DNA of 64,000 nt from Nitrospinota bacterium (GTDB lineage: Bacteria; Nitrospinota; Nitrospinia; Nitrospinales; VA-1): positions 3,499-67,498 of the forward strand of contig DUZG01000001.1 of NCBI GenBank assembly GCA_013349585.1, written 5' to 3'. Of the stretch, positions 31,085 through 41,795 are shown piece by piece (within the stretch, counting starts at the first letter, position 1; each line of letters starts with the position of its first letter). The notes beneath the pieces are model-generated. The model did no database searches. It was not told the DNA's origin and worked only from the letters and a program-made list of their open reading frames with translations. The translations under genes and the position numbers were made by a program.

Positions 31085-31396
31085 AGGTTTGTTGAGAAAT
31101 GTTATTGACGGGCATCAATGCTTTGTCTGCGATCACCTGAAGTTTTTAGGGGAGAGAGCAACCGCGGCTATTTGATACGGAACAGATTTTCTCACTTTTT
31201 AGCGTTTAGATCAATTGAAAGAAAATCTTGGTTTTTTTTGAGCTTTATACAGATCGCATATAGATAAAGATGGTTAGAGTTTTTTTTCGATAACGATAGA
31301 GAGAGATTTGAGGATAAAGAGATATCTCAGAAGGTTTAATTGACTATTCCTTACAGGGGTGGTTTTGAAAATTGTTATGAATTCTTGGTGCGAAAT

Positions 31397-32110
31397 ATGA
31401 TTATTGGTTCTGGCATGCTTGCGCGGGCATTTGCCCATCCTTTTGCAGGCTCTAGAGAAAGTTGCGTTTATGCCGCAGGTGTTTCAAATTCGAATTGTTC
31501 TGATCAACGCGAATTTGATCGTGAACGAGATCGGCTTATGATTGCAATGGAGCAACACAGATTAGTAGATTTATTTCTATACTTTGGCACTTGCAGTGCT
31601 AATGGTTCTCTGAATTCTCCTTATGTGCAGCATAAGATTAGAATGGAAAAAATTGTTGCTGAACATCCTCGATACCTAATCCTTCGATTGCCTCAGACTG
31701 CAGGAAAAACAGAAAATCCCCATACTTTGTTGAATTATATTTTTACCAGAATAATTAGAAGTGAACGATTTCAAATCTGGAAGAATGCCCGACGTAACAT
31801 AATCGATGTAGATGATGTGGTGCGGATTGCTGTTGGTCTTGCATTAGAAGAAGGGGTGCGAAGAGAATGTATCAATGTTGCAAATTTTTCAGATTATTCT
31901 ATGAGTGATGTAGTGGCTATAATGGAAAAGGTGGTGGGTAAGAAGGCCATTTTTGACTCTTTGAATAAGGGAGATACTTACCCCATTGATACGCTGCGTA
32001 TTGATAGGGTGGCTCGGCGCTGTGGTGTTGTATTTGGTTCGGATTATTTAGAGCCCGTCATTATAAAGTATTATGAATTCAGAGCTTATGAAGAAATCTC
32101 TTTTTCCTGA
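31397..32110 (+). CDS. NAD-dependent epimerase/dehydratase family protein
   Basis: MIIGSGMLA, AAGVSNS, YVQHK (YxxxK), RNIIDVDD. Confidence 0.85.
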   Translation: MIIGSGMLARAFAHPFAGSRESCVYAAGVSNSNCSDQREFDRERDRLMIAMEQHRLVDLFLYFGTCSANGSLNSPYVQHKIRMEKIVAEHPRYLILRLPQTAGKTENPHTLLNYIFTRIIRSERFQIWKNARRNIIDVDDVVRIAVGLALEEGVRRECINVANFSDYSMSDVVAIMEKVVGKKAIFDSLNKGDTYPIDTLRIDRVARRCGVVFGSDYLEPVIIKYYEFRAYEEISFS

Positions 32111-32175
32111 TGATCAATTTTAAAAGAACAGTATTAAGTCAGCGCAGATACCTTTGGTGAGGATCAGGAGGAAGG

Positions 32176-33426
32176 CTACGGCTTCAAACTTTTGTCAATG
32201 TCTTCATAAATGTCCATATACTGTTCGGCAACGGCTTGCCATCTAAAGAATTTAATTATGTGTTCTTTTCCGTTTTGTTCCAATTGTTGTTTCAATTCAC
32301 TGTCTTTGCATAAAGTTATTATTGCTTCGGTAATCGCCTTTGGATCTTTCTGATGAATCAGTAATCCCGTTTCTCCATTCTTCACCATATCTTTAATTCC
32401 CCCCACATCTGATGCAATAATTGCTGTTTTTGAGGCCATTGCTTCAATGAAAGCCGCAGGCTGCCCTTCGGTATCCCCCCCCTCGGCAACGATTGATGGC
32501 CCAATAAATATGTCAGCTGTGGCGTAATAACGGCTTAAATCAGATCGTGATTGGCCTCCTACGAATATTATTTTTTCTTCCAGGTTGAGATTTTTAACCT
32601 GAGTTTTAAGTTCAATTTCCTTTGGCCCATATCCTATAAAAACGAGTTTGGCTTTTGGGAATTCATTGAGAACCTCTGGTATTGCGTCAATCAGATATTT
32701 AAAACCTTTTTTTTCTGCAAATCGGCCTACTGCAAGAAGAAAGGGGCCGTCAATTTTTAATTCAATTTTAAGTTGAGGGTCAAACTTTTTTTCGTTAAAA
32801 AATTTTTCATCAACCCCGACAGGGATGTATTGAAGTTTTGTAAAGGGAGATAACACTTTTAGATTTTGTATGAGGTCATGGCTGTTTGCAGTGCATAACA
32901 GGGAGTTTTTTAGAACCAGACTCTTTAGAAAACGAAAGCCAGGTATATTTCGGAATGAAAAAACATCGCCACCCAAGGCCGTCAAGATATAGGGAATATT
33001 GTAAAGCTTATGAATGATAAGAGAAAAAAAGCCCTGGGGGATTAGCCAGTTGCAATGGATGAAATTGATTTTATGTTTGCGCACGGCTTTTAATATAGCA
33101 AGGAATTGGAAAATCAGAAAAAAAGGCAACTGAAAACGAGCCAGCCAGCTGGACTTGAGATTCGGCAGTATTCCCCCTTCATAGCAAAGGCGTTGTAGCC
33201 GAGTAGGCAAAAAATAGGGGAAGCGGGTTATTCGAACACCTTCCATTTCTTCTGAGTATTTTGCCCCCTCAAAATGGGGTACCAGCACCCATGTTTCTAC
33301 TTTTGGAGCGAGTTGCTGGTTGAGATCAAAGACGAAATGGGGTGTTGAATCTTTTTCCCATCTTGGATAGGTCGTCGCTAAAACTAAAACGCGCAAGTGA
33401 CTTAATGGTTTACTTGGTTTTGGCAT
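32176..33426 (-). CDS. GT4 glycosyltransferase
   Basis: VGRFAEKKG, EGQPAAFIEAMA, SDVGGIKD. Confidence 0.92.
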   Translation of the reverse strand: MPKPSKPLSHLRVLVLATTYPRWEKDSTPHFVFDLNQQLAPKVETWVLVPHFEGAKYSEEMEGVRITRFPYFLPTRLQRLCYEGGILPNLKSSWLARFQLPFFLIFQFLAILKAVRKHKINFIHCNWLIPQGFFSLIIHKLYNIPYILTALGGDVFSFRNIPGFRFLKSLVLKNSLLCTANSHDLIQNLKVLSPFTKLQYIPVGVDEKFFNEKKFDPQLKIELKIDGPFLLAVGRFAEKKGFKYLIDAIPEVLNEFPKAKLVFIGYGPKEIELKTQVKNLNLEEKIIFVGGQSRSDLSRYYATADIFIGPSIVAEGGDTEGQPAAFIEAMASKTAIIASDVGGIKDMVKNGETGLLIHQKDPKAITEAIITLCKDSELKQQLEQNGKEHIIKFFRWQAVAEQYMDIYEDIDKSLKP

Positions 33427-33462
33427 TTTAAAGCGATTTTGGTTATGTTGAGATAAATGGGG

Positions 33463-34410
33463 TTACTTCCTTTTTCCCAGCTCATCCTTTTTTATTCTCA
33501 CCTGAATATCTTCTAAAAGTTGTCTGTTTACCGAGATGAGTTCTGCGGCTATTCCCATCATAATAATTTGAAAGCCAACAATAAGGAGGATAGCGGATAA
33601 AATCAGAGATTGGATATGGCCCTCAGTCTGTCCCATGAAAAAGAAGAATAGGTATCGACAGCCAATTGCAAATCCAAGTAAGAATGTGGTGCCCCCAGCG
33701 AGAGTGAAAAGCCTTAAAGGGCGGTACATGGAATAAACTTTGAGCATGGTAACCAGAGACCGCTGCAAATAAACTCGAATGCTGGGAAACAGCCTAGATT
33801 CGCGTAATTTTGTATTGGTTTTTACCGGAACGTGCGCAATGGCCAGATTTTTTTTCCCGGCACTGATTATTGTTTCAATAGTATAGGTGAAATCTGAAAC
33901 TACATTCAGTTGCAGAGCCGCGTCCCGACTATAAGCGCGAAATCCACTTGTCGCATCTGGAACTTCAGTGCCTGATAATTGCCGCACAACCCAACTTCCG
34001 AATTTTTGAAGAAATATTTTTATCGGGGAAAAGTGGCGGATGGTTTCCACTTGCCGGTCTCCGACAACGATATCCGCATCTTTTTTTAGAATAGGTTGAA
34101 TCAGTTTGACTATGTCGCCACCAAAATATTGATTGTCGCCATCTGTATTGACTATGATATCCGCACCCAGTTTCAATGATTGATTGATTCCAGAGATGAA
34201 TGCTTTAGCCAGCCCCTTATTGTTAGTGAATTGAAGCACATGATGCACCCCCAGTTTTTTGGCCACTTCAACTGTCTTGTCTGAACTACCATCGTCAATG
34301 ATCAGAATTTCGATTGTATCAATCCCCTCAATTTGCTTTGGCAGGTCTTCCAGGGTTTTGGGGAGAGAGAGTTCTTCGTTTAAGCAGGGAATTTGTATGA
34401 TTAGTTTCAC
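33463..34410 (-). CDS. GT2 DPM1-like polyprenol-phosphate glycosyltransferase with C-terminal TM helices
   Basis: IQIPCLNEE, DDGSSD, NTDGDNQY, DATSGFRAY; 2 C-terminal TMs. Confidence 0.9.
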   Translation of the reverse strand: MKLIIQIPCLNEELSLPKTLEDLPKQIEGIDTIEILIIDDGSSDKTVEVAKKLGVHHVLQFTNNKGLAKAFISGINQSLKLGADIIVNTDGDNQYFGGDIVKLIQPILKKDADIVVGDRQVETIRHFSPIKIFLQKFGSWVVRQLSGTEVPDATSGFRAYSRDAALQLNVVSDFTYTIETIISAGKKNLAIAHVPVKTNTKLRESRLFPSIRVYLQRSLVTMLKVYSMYRPLRLFTLAGGTTFLLGFAIGCRYLFFFFMGQTEGHIQSLILSAILLIVGFQIIMMGIAAELISVNRQLLEDIQVRIKKDELGKRK

Positions 34411-34430
34411 AGGATCAGTCGTATGGTTAT

Positions 34431-36140
34431 TCAGATTTTATCGGAGCGTTGGAATATATAGACTTTATCGGCGGAAATAGGAGATTTGAAAAGGTGTATT
34501 TGAATTTCGTAGGAATTATTGACCCTTTTTACCGGGGCATTCAATTCAAATTGTTCATATTGATTGTTTTTCAAAATGAATCTAATTTTTTTCTTTAAAG
34601 GGCTAGTTTTTTCCTCTGAATGAAGAGCCCATTGATCGCCTCGTAAAACGATCCAATCTGGTATGCTTTTGTTAGTTAGCTCGCTGTTATGAATCATCTT
34701 GAACCCTGTGTAAAAAGCAAGAGATTCAACTTCGTTGTCAATATAGCATGTTTCCCCCTTTTTCCCATGTATTTCAAAAAATGCAACAATTCCATTTAAG
34801 GGGCCTCGATAGGGGTTGGCAAGCTCTCCCCAGTATTGAAAAAAAATGGACTTGAATTTCACTTCCCGCATAAAAGTCTGGTAAACGCCTTTAAAGTACA
34901 AACTGGGTTGGGCGTCAGGTTGCGGGGATTGGAGTAATTGCTTAACTGGAACCAAGGGGCCCACGTGAATCAGGTTCGAAAAAATAAGAATGGCTGCAAA
35001 GAGGATTTTCTGAATTATGGAGCTTCTAAATAAATGTACGTTTATCCACCCTAACAGGGTAAAGAATATGGGAATGCTGGCGGCGATGTAATGCAATTGT
35101 GGAATGGAATGTAACGAAGCAGTTAGCAAAATAAAAAAAATGCAAATGAGTAAAAGCGAAATAGAACGATTGAATTTTTTTATAGGTAATAAAAATATCA
35201 AGGGAACCAATATAAGAGGGAAAATGTAGTTGTTTATTTGGAAAAGGAATCCCGCAAAATGTTTTAAATAGCCTAATGAAGAGGTGTCTATATATGGACT
35301 GGTGGAAGTGTAAAATTCGGCTATTTTTTTTGATAGAGCAGGAAGGAAAAATAGCCAGGGTAAACACAATAGAGCGGTAACGGCAGCAGGAATTTTAATC
35401 TTTCTTAGATTATTTCGATCAACTTCGTTTCTATAAATAAATAAATGAATTAGCATTCCTGTTATAAGGCCGGCAAACTCGACATACATTGTATGAAAAA
35501 AAATAATTGATGTAACGGTAAAGGGAACAGGATTCCATTTTTTCTTTTCAAAAATATCGATATAAAAAGAGAGCAGAATGGGAGTCAGTAATATAGGAAT
35601 GGCAACGTAACGAGAGGTTCTGAAATAAAGAAGCGCGGGAACACACGTGGCTAAAAATGTTGCAGCCAAAACGGATGCAGATTTATCCTGAGTGATGCGA
35701 ATTGCTAAATGATAAAGGCACCAGATGGAAAAAAAACCAGCTAGGGCGAAAGGTAGTCTGGCAGCAAAAGTATTGTTTCCTAAAAAATTTAATGAAATAG
35801 CCTGGAGATAATAGGGAACCCAGGTTCGATAAATAAACAGACCTTCGAAGATGTCAGCATAGGGCATGGTGTGGTTCAACCCATCTGAATGCATAGGCAA
35901 TCCATGCTTCAAGATTGTTGTCGAAACAAAAGTGTCTCCTCCCTCATCGACTTGCATTACACTGTCATCCAGACCGGTGAATATAGTTAAAAATGCAATG
36001 GGAAGAAGGAGAGTTAAGGCCAGATGAGACTTGAAAAATAATCGGATAGATGTCACTAGATACCCTATAATCAGGTCGTTTAAAACCCCGTTATTATACC
36101 CAAGAGTCTGCCTTGCTTGGGGCGAAAATTGGATCTGCAC
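34431..36140 (-). CDS. ArnT/PMT-like (GT39/GT83-type) membrane glycosyltransferase
   Basis: QVDEG after TM1, FAARLPFALAG, RTSRY, many TMs, soluble C-terminal domain. Start uncertain. Confidence 0.8.
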   Translation of the reverse strand: MQIQFSPQARQTLGYNNGVLNDLIIGYLVTSIRLFFKSHLALTLLLPIAFLTIFTGLDDSVMQVDEGGDTFVSTTILKHGLPMHSDGLNHTMPYADIFEGLFIYRTWVPYYLQAISLNFLGNNTFAARLPFALAGFFSIWCLYHLAIRITQDKSASVLAATFLATCVPALLYFRTSRYVAIPILLTPILLSFYIDIFEKKKWNPVPFTVTSIIFFHTMYVEFAGLITGMLIHLFIYRNEVDRNNLRKIKIPAAVTALLCLPWLFFLPALSKKIAEFYTSTSPYIDTSSLGYLKHFAGFLFQINNYIFPLILVPLIFLLPIKKFNRSISLLLICIFFILLTASLHSIPQLHYIAASIPIFFTLLGWINVHLFRSSIIQKILFAAILIFSNLIHVGPLVPVKQLLQSPQPDAQPSLYFKGVYQTFMREVKFKSIFFQYWGELANPYRGPLNGIVAFFEIHGKKGETCYIDNEVESLAFYTGFKMIHNSELTNKSIPDWIVLRGDQWALHSEEKTSPLKKKIRFILKNNQYEQFELNAPVKRVNNSYEIQIHLFKSPISADKVYIFQRSDKI

Positions 36141-36252
36141 TGTCCTTAAGAAAAGGGATTAAACGTTAATGTAATATATTAGCCTATGGTATCATCGCTT
36201 ATTTTGATATATCGGCTTTAAAAATCTCTGATGTTAGCTAAAAATTGAAATA

Positions 36253-36972
36253 ATGGAAACTCCTGAAATATCTGTAGTGGTATTAGCCTATCGAAGCGCA
36301 GCAACGATAACAAGTTTTGTTGATTCCCTTGTTGATTCCTTAGAAAATGAAAAATTATTGTGGGAAATTGTTCTGGTAGGAAATTACTTTGAAGGCGTTG
36401 GAGATCAAACTCCCGAGGTAGTTAGGGGTATTGCCGCCAAGGATTCACGAATAAAAGCGGTGGCCGAAATAAAAAAAGGCATGATGGGGTGGGATATGAA
36501 ATCTGGCTTGCAGGCAGCTACAGGAAGAACTTTGGCGGTAATAGATGGGGATGGGCAAATGCCCAGTAGCGATGTGATTCGCGTATACCAGTTAATGAAA
36601 ACAAATGGATTGGATTTCGCTAAAACCTACCGAGCAAAAAGGAATGATGGTTCTTATAGAAGGTTGATTTCCATTGTCTATAATATTTTATTCAAACTTC
36701 TATTCCCAGGAATCAATGCTTGGGATATGAATTCCAAACCTAAAATTATGACCCGTGAATTTTATGAAAAAGTGCATCTGGAGTCTAACGGATGGTTCAT
36801 CGATGCAGAAATTATGATTTTTGCCAGGCGGTTGCACGCCAAAATCGGAGAAATTGAAACCGTGTTCCACAGCATAGATTCTCGCCCTTCTTTTGTAAAA
36901 CCAAGTTCTATTCTTGAGTTTTTAGGTAATCTGTTTTGGTATAGAGTGAAAGAATTTTATACCCAAAAATAA
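36253..36972 (+). CDS. GT2 DPM1-like glycosyltransferase
   Basis: ISVVVLAY, IDGDGQ, WFIDAEI. Confidence 0.88.
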   Translation: METPEISVVVLAYRSAATITSFVDSLVDSLENEKLLWEIVLVGNYFEGVGDQTPEVVRGIAAKDSRIKAVAEIKKGMMGWDMKSGLQAATGRTLAVIDGDGQMPSSDVIRVYQLMKTNGLDFAKTYRAKRNDGSYRRLISIVYNILFKLLFPGINAWDMNSKPKIMTREFYEKVHLESNGWFIDAEIMIFARRLHAKIGEIETVFHSIDSRPSFVKPSSILEFLGNLFWYRVKEFYTQK

Positions 36973-36987
36973 CCGTTTAGTGTCCGT

Positions 36988-37872
36988 ATGAAAATTCTCA
37001 TCACGGGGGCATCAAGTACCCTGGGTAAAAATCTGACTTCAGAATTATTGAAAACGGAACAGTTTTCGATTCGGCTCCTTGAGCATCGGTCACCGGTGCG
37101 CAAGGAAGATTGTGAAATCTTTCAGGGCAGTCTTCATGATATAGATGGCTTGGATAAGGCTTGTTCTGAGGTCGCCACCGTAGTTCATTTAGCCGCCTTG
37201 ACCCATTCCTCTTCCGGAAAAGCATATTTTAAAATCAATGAAGAGGGCACAAAAAACTTAATTTCTGCCTGCAAGGAAAATAATGTCAAGCGATTTATCT
37301 TTGTCAGCTCGGTAGCAGCTTCGGAGGAGGGTGGCGATTATGGAGTGAGTAAACTGAGATGTGAAGAGTTGGTTGGAAAATCAGGTCTTGACTGGGTGAT
37401 CCTTAGGCCCTCGGAAGTTTATGGGGTAAAGATGGAAGAGGGCATTGGTAAACTGGTTGCCTGGGTAGAAAAGTTTCCAATAATTCCTATTATTGGTGAT
37501 GGGTCGTATTTTCTGAGTCCAGTAAGTGTGGATGATGTGGTTCAGGTAATGGTGGAGATATTGAGGAATGATTCGATTAAAAAAGAAAACCTTAATTTAT
37601 GCGGACCGGAAAAAATGACTATGAATGAATTGATAGACCGACTTGCTCAGATTCAAAAGGTGAAGATAAAAAAAATATTTTTACCAATTTGGTTTGTCAG
37701 GGTAAGTATTGGGATTTTGTCAATTTTTAAATCAAGCATCGCCTTTTCTGATCAGATTCCGCGACTTTTATGCAGGAAGAATCATTCGATTGATAAAACC
37801 CAAGCGATCATTCCTTATAACCCGATAAAAATTGAGAAGGGTTTGTTGTTTTTTCAATCAAAAGAGGCTTAG
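36988..37872 (+). CDS. NAD-dependent epimerase/dehydratase (SDR)
   Basis: ILITGASSTLG, VVHLAA, YGVSK, LRPSEVYG. Confidence 0.9.
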   Translation: MKILITGASSTLGKNLTSELLKTEQFSIRLLEHRSPVRKEDCEIFQGSLHDIDGLDKACSEVATVVHLAALTHSSSGKAYFKINEEGTKNLISACKENNVKRFIFVSSVAASEEGGDYGVSKLRCEELVGKSGLDWVILRPSEVYGVKMEEGIGKLVAWVEKFPIIPIIGDGSYFLSPVSVDDVVQVMVEILRNDSIKKENLNLCGPEKMTMNELIDRLAQIQKVKIKKIFLPIWFVRVSIGILSIFKSSIAFSDQIPRLLCRKNHSIDKTQAIIPYNPIKIEKGLLFFQSKEA

Positions 37873-38645
37873 TCTTTTTGACCCGTCACCAGATATTGCC
37901 CGCCAAGAGGTAGCCAACCCAAATAAGGATCCATAAAATTAAGTGCAGATAAAAATTTAGGAAAGAAGGTCGTGTAGATTACTTGAATGTTTGATAAAGA
38001 AACTTGGGTGAAGTAGTTTTTGAGGTTTTTTGAGTAGAGGAGTACTACATCTTCATCAATAGGGCAATCTTTGACGAGTTTTTGTGTGATAGGGTTGAGT
38101 GGATTATGCTCCCAGATCACCAGTCTTCCTCCCTGATTTAGGAGGGAAGATAGCTTGTTGATAAGCCCCATATGTCGAACATGGGGGATATGGTGGAATA
38201 CCCCGGCAGAAAATATAAGGTCATATCCATTTGCTTCCCACTCCTTTGAATCGTGTTCTTGAAAATCTACATCACCAGGATAACGAGAACGAGCTTTTAG
38301 AATCGAATCCTTTGAAAGGTCTACTCCTGTGTAAACAACGGTTGGAAAAAAATTTGCAACTTGCCCGTAAAGATTTCCGACTCCGCAACCAAAGTCCAAT
38401 AAACGAAACGGTTTTTCTGATAAAGATGGAAAAAGACTTCGTAACTTATGAAGCTTGGCAGAGACAAAATTATCTGCATCGTAACCAGTCTGGCGAATGA
38501 CATTATTGACCATTTCATTGTAGTTGTTAGAATAAGAGTCAAAAATTTGGACGTTACACCCACTTGCAACGGGATACCCCATAGTAGGAGTGCTGTTTAG
38601 CTGCTGTATTCCCTGTGAAGTTGAATCGACTATTTCAAGTGCCAT
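37869..38645 (-). CDS. Class I SAM-dependent methyltransferase
   Basis: LLDFGCGVG, GVFHHIP, EHNPLNP, LGGQY. Start uncertain. Confidence 0.88.
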   Translation of the reverse strand: MALEIVDSTSQGIQQLNSTPTMGYPVASGCNVQIFDSYSNNYNEMVNNVIRQTGYDADNFVSAKLHKLRSLFPSLSEKPFRLLDFGCGVGNLYGQVANFFPTVVYTGVDLSKDSILKARSRYPGDVDFQEHDSKEWEANGYDLIFSAGVFHHIPHVRHMGLINKLSSLLNQGGRLVIWEHNPLNPITQKLVKDCPIDEDVVLLYSKNLKNYFTQVSLSNIQVIYTTFFPKFLSALNFMDPYLGWLPLGGQYLVTGQKD

Positions 38646-38922
38646 GATGAAGATTCGTTTTAATTCCTAATGAGTTTTTTATCTATATATATTTGTATCG
38701 GAAAAAATAGACGAGAACATAATAAAAAACACAAATCTGGTCTCATCACCTAAAAAATAATATTTTAAATTCCGGTTATTCAGTTACCCCTATGAAAATA
38801 AATCTTTCTTGAAGATTATGATACGTTTTTAAAGCGGTTGGCTTGAATCATAGTTCAAATTGCCGTAAAAATGGGTTGCAACTAAGATAAGTTTTTCAAC
38901 CGATTCGGGAGTGAGAACTTAG

Positions 38923-40052
38923 TCAAAGAGAACGATACAGGTTCGTATATTGATTCATGATATTTCCCCAGTCAAATCTGTTTTTGACTTCATTCTGGAT
39001 CCGACGCCCCATTTGTAGTCTTAAATTGCTATTTCTTAAAGATTCAATGCGCTCTTTTATTTCTTCAGGCTTTCCAGATATCTGGAAACCGGTTTCCCCT
39101 TCAATAATTATGTCCCGTGCAATGCCTACAGACGTAGAAATCAAGGGCAGGCCATGTGCGGCAGCTTCAAGTAGAGGCTGCCCAAAATTTTCGTATAGAG
39201 ATGGATAAACAAAAATGTCAGCCGATTGGTAAATAGTTTTTAATTCTAGCGGTGTTTTCTTTCCAACAAACGTCACCTTGTTTTCCAGGTTCAATTGCTT
39301 TGTAAGTTGTGTTAGTTCGTTTAGATAACCCGTGCGTGTGACACTGCTGGTTTTTTCTTCCCCGCCAGCTATGGTTAGATGAAAAGGAAAGTTCAACTGA
39401 CTTGCAGCTTGAAGGAGTAACTCAATTCGCCTGACACGGGCTATGCGGCCAACAAATAGGATTTGCATCTGTTCGAATACGCTTTGATCCTTCTTAATTC
39501 TTTCTACCTCAATGCCCATAGGAATAATATGGATTTTATCTTTTGCGATTCCAAACTCAAGAGCATCTTCGTATTCAAATTTTGAGGAAACGATTATAGC
39601 CTGTGCTCTTTTTGCCGAAGTCTTTAACGTGGCAATATCGTAAAGATGATAGGGCAATCTTTGCGCGAAAGAAGGAAGATAGTTTTTAAAACCGAGAAGT
39701 GAGCCGTGGGTATTTAAGACGAAGGGCTTGCTTTTGGTGCGAGCAAAAAAAAACCACTATCGGTTTGAAAATTACGGTAATTGTGGCTGTGTAAGATATC
39801 AAAGTTTTTCAAGTGGGACAACATTCGCGCGCTGACAAGATAGCGCATGATTTTTAATTGCGATTTGAATCGATGGACAGTAACCCTGCCAATTGTTTCC
39901 AATTTAGGGAGAGTGTGGGAAACATCGGAATAGGTCGTATAAACCGGAGATGAAACGCCTTTCTCCTCAAGACGATTAGATATTTGAAATGCCTGATTAA
40001 CGGGACCGCAAATATAAGGCAAAAAAGTTTCTATGGTACGTAAAACCTTCAA
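38923..40052 (-). pseudogene. GT4 glycosyltransferase split by a 1-nt frameshift in a T9 run
   Basis: One extra T in the run at 39745-39753 joins the two ORFs into 376 aa (DSGFFFARTKSKPFVLNTHGS...ENFGQPLLEA). Confidence 0.85.
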
Positions 40053-40447
40053 AGTTGCTCCAGATTTGAAGAATCGATTTGCCAGTTGGATTGTCTAATT
40101 TGTCTTTCCAATGTTTTCTTTTCGAGGTCCAAAATCCCTATGCTCTGAGTCAGTTTGCGGACTTGGTTGGTCAAGGCAGAAATTCGAATGGAGAAGTGTA
40201 GACAGATGACCATGAGGAATAACAACCCAAAAAAGAATAAAGTGGATGTGAATAAAGTGGCTCCGACTAATTCGGAAACCCACTTTAGTAGTCCCTCAGA
40301 AACCGATAGGGCTAACATGCTAGTTCCTGTTACGAGCCAACCCATGGAATATTCTTCGCTCAGATGCTTTCTTCTGACGAGTTCGAAAACGTAAGCAACA
40401 AGAAAAATACAGATTAATATGGATATGATTTGAATTTTAGGTGGCAT
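40049..40447 (-). CDS. DUF2304 family small membrane protein
   Basis: ELVRRKHLSEEYSMGW, 3 TMs, C-terminal coiled coil (ISALTNQVRKLTQ); directly follows a DPM1-like GT2. Confidence 0.85.
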   Translation of the reverse strand: MPPKIQIISILICIFLVAYVFELVRRKHLSEEYSMGWLVTGTSMLALSVSEGLLKWVSELVGATLFTSTLFFFGLLFLMVICLHFSIRISALTNQVRKLTQSIGILDLEKKTLERQIRQSNWQIDSSNLEQL

Positions 40448-40451
40448 GGTT

Positions 40452-41264
40452 TTACCTTTTGGACACGTTTCTTAGTACGGTAACAAAAATGGATAGAAAC
40501 ATTTTGAAAATATAATAAATGGTTTTGTGACCATGGTGCATGGACTCTTTGTCAGGACTAGCATGCATGGTAACGGGAATTTCTTTGACTTTCAAGCCAT
40601 GACGATGCATCAGGATAATAAAGTCAGCATCAGGATAGTCAGGGGGATAATGATCGCTTGCGGCAAAATGGATAGCTCTACCTTTAAGAGCTTGAAATCC
40701 TGAAGTCGGGTCAGTTACTTTCTGGCCACAAATTATAGAGGCGATCTTAGCAAAAATAAAAATACCTGCACGTCTGGCAAAGGATGATTTATAAGAACCG
40801 CTCTCTAGAAACCGAGAACCGATCACAACATCCACCCCGTCCTTTTGTACTTCTTCGATGAGGTTTTTTACACTTTTAGGGTCGTGTTGTCCATCGGAGT
40901 CCATCTGGATAACAATGGCAAAATTTTTTCGGGCGGCAAATATGAACCCTGTTTGCAGTGCCACTCCATAGCCTGAATTATAGGGTAGGGAAATGACATT
41001 AGCACCGTGGCTGCGGGCAACGCTTTCGGTAGTGTCCGAGGAGCCATCATTAATAACCAGAATGGGAATTCCCGGGACTTTTTGCTGGATCATTTCCAGA
41101 ACAGCGCCTATATTTTTTTCTTCGTTATAAGCGGGAATGATTATTAAGGTTTTGGGATAGCTTTTCAAGGGTTTCTTGATGAAAGTGTTTTCAAATTCAT
41201 CATTTTCCAGGATAACGGTTTGCTTCAATGATGATTGTGGTACCTGATAACTGAGTACTTTCAT
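40452..41264 (-). CDS. GT2 DPM1-like glycosyltransferase
   Basis: IIPAYNEE, NDGSSD, QMDSDGQH, GSRF, DPTSGFQA. Confidence 0.92.
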   Translation of the reverse strand: MKVLSYQVPQSSLKQTVILENDEFENTFIKKPLKSYPKTLIIIPAYNEEKNIGAVLEMIQQKVPGIPILVINDGSSDTTESVARSHGANVISLPYNSGYGVALQTGFIFAARKNFAIVIQMDSDGQHDPKSVKNLIEEVQKDGVDVVIGSRFLESGSYKSSFARRAGIFIFAKIASIICGQKVTDPTSGFQALKGRAIHFAASDHYPPDYPDADFIILMHRHGLKVKEIPVTMHASPDKESMHHGHKTIYYIFKMFLSIFVTVLRNVSKR

Positions 41265-41489
41265 TCAAACAGGATCTTTCAATTCTAAAGCATTAAAAAT
41301 CACTTTAAAGAGGTATCAAAATTTTTAAACCAAAATTGTATCCTAAGTTTAAAATTTATGATTTGAGATAAGGCGAATATTTAAATTTTTGGAGCTACAG
41401 GTAATAAAACGGTATTTGTTTGAATAAACTTGACCCTTAATCGAAACCTATTGTATAGGAAATATAAGCTATTGTAAATAATAGGGTTA

Positions 41490-41791
41490 TAGCTCGAATG
41501 GAAGCCCGGCGTGGATTTTTATAAATTGAGTACAGGTTTTGCAAATTTGCAAGACGAAATGCTTCTCGTACACGGGCTGTCATTACCTTCATAATGGCAT
41601 TAAGACTGTCCTAAGTGAACTGAAGCACTCTTGAGTTAAAAGCGGACCTTACTTCTACTCAAAAATTTAACCGTTGTAGAGCGGGAATTGTCATCGATCA
41701 GCTCCATTTTCCAAAAGAAATCAGACTTTCCTAGAATTCGGACGAGAATCCTTTTTCTATAGTCATTTTCCGTGATGGCTACCTTTCTAAT
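41490..41791 (-). pseudogene. Degenerate second copy of the cNMP-binding domain gene
   Basis: Manual translation KVAITEN...ILGKSDFFWKMELIDDNSRSTTV and LMP/IMKVMTARVREA aligns with the neighbour's NEIFGEMGLIHGRPRSATA and LLPILKVLTSRLRET. Confidence 0.7.
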
Positions 41792-41795
41792 TTAC

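Noticed and set aside
31085..31396. Possible gene remnant between the divergent flippase-like and epimerase genes
   Set aside because: No recognisable protein motif in any frame.
38690..38725. Sigma28-like promoter (TCCGATA) upstream of the methyltransferase
   Set aside because: The -35 element is a poor match; too weak in AT-rich DNA.
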